From: Azolla caroliniana
Lineage: Eukaryota; Plantae; Polypodiophyta
Length of the DNA: 64,000 bases
Reading direction: 5' to 3'
Assembly: GCA_043228905.1 (NCBI GenBank)
Contig: JBHGNT010000016.1
Span: forward strand, 4,588,001 to 4,652,000
In this document: positions 26,053 to 37,957 of the stretch, piece after piece
Position numbering within the stretch: the first letter of the stretch is position 1
Layout: every line of letters starts with the position of its first letter
The notes under the pieces: generated by a model
Told to the model about the DNA's origin: nothing
The model's database searches: none
What the model saw: only the letters and a program-made list of their open reading frames with translations
Made by a program: the position numbers and the translations under genes

Positions 26053-27292
26053 TTAGATGAAGGCTACTTGTTGTCTTTCAACTCCATCGGATCCACCCGT
26101 GGGGACATCATATTGACTCTTTAGAGTGGCTAGCTTTGCAGCAACCGACTCACTTGCAATTTTAGTAGCTAGAATGTGGTGACCCAATCTAGTCGTGAAT
26201 TGGAAGAAAGGGATGGCTTTGCTTCCTTGACCCGCATAAGGATTGCGCCACATCCATTGCAAAGGGTCCCAACCGAGCTTACATAGCCATGTGTTTTCAT
26301 GAGTACATATGTGTCATTCTAGTTGTACTTTGATCGGATCGGGATCTACAATCCATTTATGACTAGTATATGTTGTTGGGAGACAGGTCCCTCCAGATGG
26401 GAAGGGAGAAGAACAGTGCCGATGAACAAACTCGGCCGAGCCGGATGAGGAGTACCCGGCTACGGAGAGCCGGATGGTGTAGACCCGGTATGAACCGGAT
26501 GAGGAGTACCCGGCTACGGAGAGTCGGATGGTGCAGACCCGGTATGAACCGGATGAGGAGTACCCGGCTACGGAGAACCGGATGAAGAGACATATTCGTA
26601 AATATGTTTTCTGATAGTCCACCGAGGCTATATTTGTAAATAGCCGAAAAGTCATATTAGTATAAATATGACTTAGGGCAAACTAGTAGTGTGTGTTGTC
26701 ATTCTTGTTTGAAGAAGGATAGAGAGAGCGCATAACTGTGTACACAGAGTGAGAGAGAGAAAGAGGTCGTTGCCTCTGTTGCAACCGCCGCCTGTGGCGA
26801 AGATCCGTGAGCACGAGGTCGTTGCCTCAGTGAACTCACTGTTGTACATTCTTACATAGTGACAGTTTGCAGCCTGTGGGCTGCCGTGGTTTTTCCCCTA
26901 GTTTGGGGTTTTCCACGTAAACCTCCTGTGTATTTTCTTCTTCTTTGTGTCGCGTTTTATTTCCAGTTTTCTGTGTATCATTCTAAGCTCGGTTGTGGCC
27001 GAGCATTGCGCATAAGGAGCGTTGTGTTCTCGTCATATGTGAGTACTCGAATTGCCATATTCAATGTTGGTGTCTCATTGTCTTGCAATTCATGGCCTTC
27101 AATCCTGTCTAGTGTTTCCCTACCTCTTGGGATCAAAGTGCCCACCTCCCCGTAGCCTATCCAGTTCTCCATTGTCATCAATTGATTAGCGGCTTCCCTA
27201 AGTAATAGAGTGTTAATAATTTCAAATCTCATAGTACATCCGCCCCTAATTCCATGTAGTATGTTGGCTTGATCTTGTATTTGCAATGACAT
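26053..27292 (-). pseudogene. Degenerate coding fragment, possibly the C-terminal part of a LINE ORF2, split by a solo LTR
   Basis: The frame continues across the LTR (..AIRVLT|YTSHKWIV..WDPLQWMW..IPFFQFTTRLG). The LINE assignment rests on weak motif resemblance only. Confidence 0.35.
26374..27035 (+). mobile_element. Solo LTR with three 54-bp internal tandem repeats
   Basis: TG...CA ends with a perfect TSD TATGT (26369-26373, 27036-27040). Confidence 0.92.
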
Positions 27293-30200
27293 AAACTATC
27301 TCCAACTATCGTGACTTGTGCGCATGAGAGAAAAAGAAAGTAGAAAGAAATGAATCTAGAATGTAGAGCGAGAGGGAAAGAAAGAAAACAGGATTTAATG
27401 GAAATGAATTTATATAATAAGAGAATGAGAGTAACAAAAGGTAGGCTAAGGGGCTAAAGACTGGCATTGAATCGAATGAGTTCTTATGAATGAGTAAACA
27501 CTTATTTATAGGTTCTTATGGAGTATTCTAGAATGTTCTAGAGTATTTTACATATTTATGATATTTAAGATAATCATAGAATATTCTAGAATGTTCTAGA
27601 ATACACTAAATTTGTTCTAATAATTAATAATATAGTTATTATAATTATACATCGTATATGTTATTATAATGGTCAAAGGTTTGACATATATACAAAGGGG
27701 TTGTGAGTTCGAACCCTTGTAAGTCAAACTGTATGTCTTCATGACACTATCCCCCTTTTTCGACAAGGAGTTCCACGAGTCGTACTAAGACAAGACTGTG
27801 GACTGGGCTTATGGAGATACTGATTGTGAAAATCAGCAACTAGAGTGTAGGCATTAGCAAGATTCTCAGTAGGCTCCCATGTTCGATCATTAGGTGTATA
27901 ACCTAACCAGTCAAGTAAATAATATAGTTTGTTGCGGATGATCTTGGAATTGCGAATGGCAGCAACTTCATATTCAGGGCCATCGAAAACTTTGACTCGA
28001 GGTGGGGGAGATGTAACAGGCCCGGAGTAGAGCTTGTTGTGTAGGGCTCCAAAAGTGAAACATGGAAGACCGAGTGAAGATGCATATGAGGAGGAAGGTC
28101 AAGTCGAAATGCCACATCATTGATCTTACCAAAGATCACATATGGGCCAAAATGTTGATAATCCAATTCGCAGCAAGGTCTGGTGGTTTTAATGCAACCT
28201 TATAAGAGTCATACTCGTTCTGACACTTGAAATGTGTTTGATGAATCATGTTGATGATGGTTGGAAATCTTCTTTTGAGTGTTTTGAGGATCACATAAAT
28301 GGTGCGAAAGTATATCCTGAATTTCTTCAAGGCAGGTGTCATGAACATCGACTTGAATTTTAGCCTTAGGTTCTTGTATATATATATTTCTCCTAGATAA
28401 ACTTTAGATTTTAAACCTTTGTATAAAGAGTGGTATATAAGACTGAGTACGTAAGCCTGAGTATGTAAGACTTGGCATGCAAGAACTACTATGCTTGATA
28501 TTATAGTATGTAGGACTTGGCATGAGCATGCTTATCATGCTTCACTACATGTATAAAACAGGTTGATCTCCCTTGTTAACATCAAGGAAATCAACACCAG
28601 TCATGGAATAGATATTCTTACTCATTGTCATCAACTTCCCCATCTCTTTATCTTCCAATTGTTCATCCGTGATAGATTGATTTCCTTCCTTCTTTTTCTT
28701 CTTTCTCAATACACTATCATGTTAGAATCATATAGTAACCTTGAGCAAATTTTGGCAGTCTTGCAACAACTCCAACATGATAATGCCAACTTGCGAAACT
28801 CTGTCCAAGAACTTCAGGCAGCCACAATGATCATACCTCACTCGATTATTGACCCTTCTACGACAGAACCCAATGTTAGCTTGCCAAATAAATTCGATGG
28901 AACAAGGTCACGGTTAAGATGCTTCATCAACCAGATCCGCCTTATTATTCACCTTCAGCCCCAACGCTATTCTGATGACTTTCAACGAGTCGGGTTCATC
29001 GACACATTGTTGACAGGACAAGCCCAAGCTTGGTTTACCCCTTTGGTGGAGACCTCTTCACCCCTCTTGATCGACTTCCAAGCATTTCTTACTGAATTCG
29101 AAGCAAATTTCAGGGAGACTGACAAACGACGAGCTGCACTCAACAAATTATATGCATTACAACTAGGAGAACGTGTGTCATAAATCTATGCATCTGAATT
29201 TTGTCAGCTCGCGTGCAATGTCAAATGGGATGGACAAGCCCTCATCGATCAATTCCGTCGAGGGTTACGAGGTGAGATAAAAAATCTTTTGCTTAACTTT
29301 CTTGAGCCCACATCTTTGAATGAGGCTATTTCCTAGGCTATGCACTGTGATAACCGTCTCTTTGAGTTCCGGCAAGAGGAACATCCTCACCGGATCCATC
29401 CATCTTGGCCAACCGCTACATGAAGTCACCTATTCCCATGTCATCCTCCACTTCATCTTCAACTCCTATCATAGATTCTAGCTTCCCAATGGAGATCGAT
29501 TGAGTTCGCTACTGACCATTGACGAACGTGCAACGACAACATCGACGGGCCAACAATTTATGTCTCTATTGTGGCGGCCATGACCATTTGATCCACTCTT
29601 GCCCAAAAAAGGGACCCCGTCAAACACCACATTGTGTGGATGGGGTTGACATTTTCTATCAACAGGAAAACTCCAATGTCCAGTTGCAGTAGGGACTGTG
29701 CATCTGGACCACAAGAGTCGACAATTGTGTCAAGGGCCCAATCAACCGACTGCCTCGACAACAAACTTCACGCTTCCGATCACTCTCCAGTTTGACTCTA
29801 CCACTTTGAAGACAAAAATTTTGTTGGATTCTGGGGCTACGTCGTGCTTTATTGATATCATGTTTGCACGGACTCACAACATTCTAAGCAATAAAATAAC
29901 TGTCCCGATTCCAATTGAAGTGATCAACGGTCGAATGCTCTCTTCTGGTGCAATCACAGATACAACAATTCCCTTGAGTCTCCACATAGGAGGCTACCAG
30001 GAAGAAATCATTTTTCACCTCATCACATCACCTCGACATCCTATCATCTTGGGGTTATCATGGCTCAAGACTCACAATCCAATCGTGGATTGGCGATCTC
30101 GCTCCATCAACTTCACCTCGAATTCTCGCCCACAAGTGATTGCTTCCACTCTTCTTCGAGCCAATGCTCCGCCATTTGGATGCCTGCTCCGGCAAGGACC

Positions 30201-32800
30201 ACATCAACGGTTGCTCCGATTCCCATTTCTACTCCGGTGAGGACCGTGTCAACGGTTGCTCTCATTCATGTTTTGGAGGCAACTCCCATTTCTGCTCCGG
30301 TGACAACCAAGTTAGCGGTCACTCCCATTTCCTCTTCCGCGAGAACCGTGTCAACGGTTACTCCAATAGAAACAACATTGATAGTTATTCCCGCTTCAGC
30401 CTCGGAAACAATTTCCTCTCTTGCTTGGGTAAGTGATACAGTGTTGATTGCATCCATTTCTAATTCTAAGGACATGGCGGTCATGTCCACTCCAGACATT
30501 GCCCTATGTACTAGCTCTTTTCCATCAAAATACAATGACTTCTTTGATGTATTTGAGAAGAAAAATGCTGACCGTCTGCCTGAACATCGCCCATATGATT
30601 GTCCAATTGACTTGAAAGATGATGCTTATCCTCCTTTTGGCCCTATCTATGGGTTATTTGAACCCGAACTCAAGGCCCTCAAAATATACATTGAAGAGAA
30701 TCTCACAAAGGGATTCATTTGCCACTCAAAAAGAAAGAAAGATGGAACGTTACGTTTATGTATCGACTATCTCGGGCTCAATCGAGTCACTGTTCGAAAC
30801 CGCTATCCACTACCTCTAATCCCCGAACTCCTTGACCAACTTTGGGCTGGGTGTATATTCTCCAAAATCGATCTCAGAGGCGCCTACAACTTGGTGCGTA
30901 TCAAGCTTGGAGATGAGTGGAAAACGACATTTCGAACCAAGTACGGACATTTTGAATACACAGTAATGCCATTTGGTCTCACAAACGCTCCTGCAGTTTT
31001 TCAACATATGATGAATGATATCTTCTGAGAATATTTGGACCAATTTGTGGTCATCTATCTCGATGACATACTTATCTTCTCACAGGACTACATAGAGCAC
31101 ACCAAGCACGTCCGACTTATCCCGTCCAAACTTCGGGAACATGGACTTTATGCAAAACCTGAGAAGTGTGAGTTTGATTGAGCCTCAATTGAATTCGTCG
31201 GGTATGTTATTTCATCTAATGGTCTCACTATGGACAAGAAGAAAGTCGCAGCGGTTCAAGAGTGGGAAGTCTCCACCAGGGTCAAGGAAGTGCAATCGTT
31301 TTTGGGTTTTGCCAACTTCTATCATCGATTCATTCAAGGATTCTCTATAGTGGCGCAACCCCTTATATCACTCACTCAAAAGGATTCTCCTTTTTGCTGG
31401 ACTCCTACAACGGAACTGGCATTCGCGACACTAAAGAAAACTTTTACCTCGGTTCCAGTACTTCTAAACCTAGATTTGACCAAATCATTTACTATCGAAA
31501 CTAATGCCTCTGACTTCGCCATCGTAGTCATTCTCTCTCAATCAGATAACAATGGGATCCTTCATCCTGTTGCATTTTATTCTCGGAAGTTCACAACCCT
31601 TGAGATCAACTACCTAGTTTACGACAAAGAACTCTCCGCCATTATTGCCGCCTTTGAAGAATGGCTTCCTTACTTGGCGGGCGCCCAACACCGTGTCCAA
31701 GTGGTGACCGATCACAAGAACCTTGTCTACTTCACCACTACTCGCATTTTGAACTAGAGGCAAGCACGATGGTCGACCTTCATGGCTGATTACGACTTTG
31801 AAATTGTTTTTCATCCTGGTGCCCAACATGGTAAAGCTGATGTCCTATCTCGGCGTTCGGAATTCGAAATCTGGCCAGGAGATGCAATCTACAATCAACA
31901 ATTACGTTGTCTCCTACAACCACATGAAATGCAACTCTTTGCAGCTTATATGGGCGCAGAGGAATCATTACTCAATGCAATAGCGATAGATACTGCCAAC
32001 GACAAATTTGCAAAAGAGATTAAGGAGAATTGAGTCAACAACTCAACCATAAGGGAGGTATGAAATATCCATGAACAATTTATGTTTCGGGATGGTTTTC
32101 TTTTCTGGATGAACTTAATGCATGTCCTAGATGGTCCTTTTGATATCCGTATCGTGAAGGAGTGCCATGATGATGTCCTCGCTGGACATTTTGGTCTTGC
32201 AAAAACTTTGGAGTTAATCTCTAGAAGTTATTGGTGGCCACAACCTTGGAAACTTGTCAAAAAATTTGTGAAAACATGTGATACATGTGATACATGTGCC
32301 TGTGCCAAAGTAGTACATCATTGTCCCTACGGTCTACTTCAACCTCTGCCAATTCCAATAGGCCATGGGCCTCCTGTTAATCGGTCGACAATTGCTATTT
32401 TGCCGACACAGTATAAGACGAACGTTCGAGTCGAATGTTCTATCAAGAAGTTGTGGTTAGACGGATAGATACGATTTAGCTGTAAACTTATCAGTGATAA
32501 CAGATACCGAGATCGTGACTTATGTAATATAGCTTAAATAGAAATAATAGATGACAAGAAGTAATTCGTACACAGATATTTCCTAACAACTTTCTATTAC
32601 TAAATACAACGATAGCTTTTTACAATGCCTTCGGTTCCTTTTATAGGTAACCCAAAGGTCTTTTCTCATCAAGAAATCCTATTGTTTATACTTAACAAGA
32701 ATTACAAAATTCCATAACTAACTATGTCCTATTCGGCTATTTGCTGAGTCATCGATCCGAACTGCCAATCCGACTCCAACTCCGACTCCGAACATCTTTC

Positions 32801-35620
32801 CTATACCGACACATTCATACTTGTCCAGGTAACACTTGGCACACCCGTGGGCCAGGACGTAGTCCGGCGAACCCACAAAACCCCTTTACTCTTGCTGCTC
32901 TGAGGAAAGATCTTCCTCCATCTCCAAATCGTCTTCTGCGTCGTCCTGTAAAATGTCGAATAATGAGGGTTCGCCTCTTCTTCTTCCTCAGCTTCTTCCT
33001 CAACTTCTTCCTCAGCTTCAGTATCCTCCCCGTTGTTGTTTTCCTGTCGGGTTTCTTTCGTCGATGGGCTTGGCTCCGCTTCTGTTCCTGCTTCCGGTGC
33101 CCCGACTCCAGGTGTTTTGGTAATTCTTTCGGCTTCGATATTGTCTAACTCGACAGATGTCTCAATATCATGCTTGTCGAATTCCTGCATGATTCTGTTG
33201 ATTTCTTCTTTAAAGTAAGCCGCCATATCTTATAGGTTCTTAGCAATATCTTCCTGAACTGTGGTCATTGCTTCTTCCGACATCTTGAGGAAGCCCTTGC
33301 CCTACACCTTTCTATTTTCTTTGTCGGCTCTTAATAGCTGAAGCTTTGTAGCTTGTGCCGACCATGTTTGCCAACCCTTCTACAACGATTCATTGACCAA
33401 TTTTAGGGTGTTAATTCGGTGATGTCTAATGATCTCTTGAACCCTGTCTTGGGCGATTCTAGCCTCAAACTGTGTTGTTGCCAATGTTTTCCGTAAATCA
33501 ATGATTACCGCATTGGTCTGTCCTTCTACCTGCATCAGCTTAGCTTGGGCCACTAAGAGGTCAAGTCGTCGTTTTTCGGAGACTGTTTGAATTTCTGCAC
33601 ATCAGTTTTCTAGCTTCGCTTTTTCTTCATTCTAGTTGTTCTGTTGTCGAATAATTTTTTCGTTGATTCCGTCTATCAGTTTGTCTTTATCCGCCAACTG
33701 TGTTGCAAAACAAGTCTCTTGGCTCTTGACATATTCTTCTAGTTCCTCAACCTGTTGTCGTGTATTCTCTTGCTATTGGGCTAATTGTTGGCGTAAATCT
33801 TGTATTACATGATCTTTTTCCCCTAAACATCTGTCGGCCGTTGTTTTTGCCGACTGTAATTGAATCTCTATTTCCCTGAACCGGTCCTCAGTCTTTCCCG
33901 CCTTAATTTCCGCCTCCCTTCGTGCTTGTTCGGCTTGGTACAACGTCTTTTGTAACTCTGAATCCGTCTCCAAAGGTTGCCTTTGTGGTTCTGGCTGGAC
34001 TAATTGTTCTCTCGCATTTTCTAGAGCCCCTTGTTCTTCTTGCAGTTTATTCTTCAATTGCTAATTTTCTGCCTGCATTTGTTTGTACTGTGCATTAAGC
34101 ACCTCTGCAACTGCTGTAGCCTGTTTGTATAATTCGGCCATATCCCTGGCTGCTCTGCTAGCCTTTTCATATTCACGGTGTACTTCTACTAGTGCCTCGT
34201 GTAATGGTGGTATTTGAATGGCTTCACCTCTATTTTTAGCATTTCGTTGTCGACCAATTCTATCCACTTCCGCTTGCTCATTTGGTTCGATAACTCCACA
34301 TAATGACCTCGGGATCATTATTTGATCTTTGTGCTCTTGGGACACTTCTTGCAGTCTTTTAGCTAACCATTCTACTAGTTCGTATGATGTTTCGAACTGC
34401 AGAATGGCAGCTAGTTCATGTGCTGCGACCGGAATGTCAAAAAAACCAAGTGCCTCTTATACGATTGTCGTTGATTCCTGCCCTTTTTGAACTCGTGACA
34501 TGTCATCTGAATTGACATGAGGTATTTGCGTGCTTTGGGCGGTTTGGTCGTTAATTCTCTTTTTCTTCTGCACAGGTTGTTCTTCCTCCGGTCTAGAGTA
34601 TCTTTGAGACCGTTGTTTCACCCTTCGTTGTTTCGGCAATTGCTACTCCATGCCAACTTGTTGCGATTGCTGTTGCTGTGATGATTGCTCTTCTGTCGTC
34701 CCTCGTTGTTGCATTTTCTACGGTTGAGACTCCGGCGGTGGAGTAAGTGATTGCTGGTTAGGTTCGGATTGTGGTATCGACTGTTGAGACTGCGTCGACT
34801 GTTGTTGTTCTGATTCTTGTTGGTGCCTTGGTTCCGGTTGGTCAAACTCGGTTTGAGTGGTATCGTCTTGCGTTGATTCTTCTTCCCTCCACTCTTCCCT
34901 TTGGACTTGTCGTCGGGCTCGGGATGACTGTACCTGAGGTGGCCGACGCACCTCTGATCGATTTTCCGTCTTTGCCGTCGGAAATAATACCGATAACCAA
35001 CGAGCAAAAATTGGCTTCATTGGTTTCCCTCTCCGAACTCCGTTTAGTTGCCCCCAATCGAAAGCTTTGCCTTTATAAGCGGCGATAATAAATCTGGTCC
35101 TCTTTTTGGGCATACAATAAAATCTGGGACTAACAAACCCTACTTCTAATAAAAAATTTGCAACTTCAGGGAAAAACACATCCCTACCTTCTTGTGTCTG
35201 ATACGCTTTAGCAGAGGGCGAATATTCACCAAAATAGGACCGCAAAACATCCTCTATGACTTTGTTGACAGCATCGAACCCGCCTCTTGGCATCTCCAAC
35301 ACGGCCCGTACCTTCTTATTCCTGATTGTTGAGACATCGTTTTCTGCCAACAGAGCTTCTGTGTTCGGGTGCGGCTCTGTTTCTACGACTTTCAAAAATC
35401 CCTGTAACTTATTGCGAACGAGCCAGCGACGCAAGTTGTCAGATACGACAATCGGCACGTTGTTGTCGTCGATGAACAAATCTTCACTCAGTGAGGGCTG
35501 TGAGAATTGATGTGGGCTATGGCGAGAAAAATCAGAAAACCTATTAGCTCGAATGCGTTTCTGCTTGTGTGGTGACACAGTCATTATAGAAATAGGTTTT
35601 AAGAGATGACTCTTTTGCAT
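32801..35620 (-). pseudogene. Extra ORF 3' of pol in gypsy F (globular N-terminus, Q-rich linker, long coiled-coil, acidic tail)
   Basis: Collinear ORFs 35620-34718, 34639-34457, 34345-33773 and 33226-32801 lie on the pol strand between integrase and LTR, broken by stops and frameshifts. Confidence 0.65.
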
Positions 35621-36533
35621 GATGCCTAGGGAATAAAAGTACTATTAATGTTATGATGACTAGGCGTACTAGTGGAGTGATGGCTAGAAATAATAATAAA
35701 GACTAATAGAAATACACCTCCACCTCTTTTACTTATAGTCTTTTGAAATTACTCCAAGAATCTCTTCGTGAAAGTTAGTTATGATTCTGCAAGAAAATCT
35801 TCCATAGTTAGTTTTTTTTTTCTTTTCAATTTTATTTTATTTTTAATATTGTTTTTATTTTTATTTTTATTTATTTATTTAATCTTTTTTTTACTTTTCT
35901 TCTGGTTCATCCTTGAATGGGTTTTTTGGCATATGCCCACGATATGGTTTAAGCCGGAAACCATTGACCCATTTAGGTAAAATATCACTTGATAGGGTTC
36001 CGAGTTGATACATACCATTTTTACAATTCACGATCCAAACTAGTCCTGTCCATCTATACCGAAGTTTTCTTGGCATCGCCCCTATCTTAGTTTGGAAAAC
36101 CAGTACCGGTTTTCCGATTCCGAATTGTGATTCGGTTTTCCGTCGGTGTCGATTTACAAATGCCTTGGTTTGCCTTTGTTTGTGCTCTAAAGCTGTCATC
36201 GCTTGTAGTTGGTCTTCTTCTAACAGTAATAAAGATTCCTTCCAAATTTGCTCCGACTGCAGTTCATTTAATTTTTCCGTTTCTTGTATTCGAAGTGTCC
36301 GAATCTGGAATTCGATTGGCATCATTGCTTCCAATCCAAAAGCCATTTGGAAGGGTGTTGATTTGATAGATGTTTTGTACGACGTGCGATATGCCCATAA
36401 AGCACTCTGCAATTTTTGATCCCAGTCCGTACGATTCTCATTTACTATCTTTTTGAGTATCATCTGGAGGGTTTTGTTTGTCGACTCCGCCAATCCATTC
36501 GCTTGTGGATAGTAAGGGGTGCTTTTCTTATGA

Positions 36534-36558
36534 GGGTGAAAGCATGCGAGTGGAAACA
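36534..36558 (+). repeat. Left TIR
   Basis: GGGTGAAAGCATGCGAGTGGAAACA. Confidence 0.95.
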
Positions 36559-36885
36559 ATTAGCTATGTCCTTGACATAGCTAATTAGCTATGCAAAAAG
36601 CTACCATTGATAAATAGTCATTTTAGTAAAAAGCCATCATTAATAAATTAAGTATGCAAAAAACTACCATTGAAAATACTAGAGTGTTTTAATTACATAT
36701 GTAAATGAGTGCCATAAATGTGCAACATAAATTGATGTGTGCACCATAAATGTGTACCATAAATTATATATCGAATTCCTAGGTCCATTATGCATGATCC
36801 TTTGCCACATCACGTAGGCCATCTCTAGTTGAGTACTGTGGGTTAGTTGCTACCACTGTTGCTAAACCCTATCGAGTCCACCTGC

Positions 36886-37650
36886 CGCCACTCTACACTG
36901 AGGGGCCGCTACTGTGCGTTCCAAGCATCATCAAAGAGCTGCTCAATCTGACGGGGTTCTCTTCTCTGTGCCACTCTACACTCAGGGGCCACTACTGTGC
37001 ATTCCAAGCATCATCAAAGAGCTGTTCAATCTGACGGGGTTCTCTTCTTTGTGCCACTCTACACTCAGGGGCCATTACTATGCGTTCCAAGCATCATCAA
37101 AGAGCTGTTCAATCTGAGGGGGTTCTCTTCTCTGTGCCACTCTACACTCAGGGGCCATTACTGTGCGTTCCAAGCATCATCAAAGAGCTGTTCAATCTGA
37201 GGGGGTTCTCTTCTCTGTGCCACTCTACACTCAGGGGCCGCTGCTGTGCGTTCCAAGCATCATCAAAGAGCTGTTCAATTTGACGGGGTTCTCTTCTCTT
37301 TGCCACTCTACACTCAGGGGTTGCTACTGTGCGTTCCAAGCATAATCAAAGAGCTATTCAATCTGACGGGGTTCTCTTCTCTTTTCCACTCTCACTCAGG
37401 GGCCGCTACTGTGCGTTTCAAGCATCATTGGTAACTGTTCAATTTGACGGGGTTCTCTTCTCTTTTCCACTCTCACTCAGGGGCCGCTACTGTGCGTTTC
37501 AAGCATCATTGGTAACTGTTCAATCTGACGGGGTTCTCTTCTCTATGCCACTCTATTCTCAAGTGCCTTCTATGTGCGTTTCAAGCATCATCGGTAACTG
37601 TTCAATCTGACGGGGTTCTCTCCTCCATTGTCATCATTCTATACTCAGTT
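36886..37650. repeat. 83-bp tandem repeat, ~9 copies, left subterminal region of Sola2
   Basis: CCACTCTACACTCAGGGGCC...TTCCAAGCATCATCAAAGAGCTGTTCAATCTGACGGGGTTCTC recurs with an 83-bp period (about 81 bp in distal copies) and decays rightwards. Confidence 0.95.
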
Positions 37651-37957
37651 GCCACTACTGTCCAGTCCCGGATTGCTTCCACATTTCGATTTGACGGAGT
37701 TCACTCATCCAACGGCAACATTCTACACTCAGTTGTTGCCATTGGTCGGTCTTGGATCGCCTCCTCAACTGTTGGATCCAACAGAGTGAAATCCTCTACT
37801 GTTCGGTCTTGGATTGCAATAACTTTTCTGTCTATTGATTATCTTGTGTATTGTTGTGTCTAATCTTGTGTATATGTGTGGAATATTTTTGTGTATTGTT
37901 GTTGCCCATAGCCATCTTTAATACTTGTTTTTTTTTCTGGAAATTTAGGGTTTTAAC

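Noticed and set aside
36914-37610. Family of short 60-90 aa ORFs
   Set aside because: These are by-products of the 83-bp repeat; the same applies to ORFs over 5731-6146, 14107-14495, 21498-22080 and 26314-26655.
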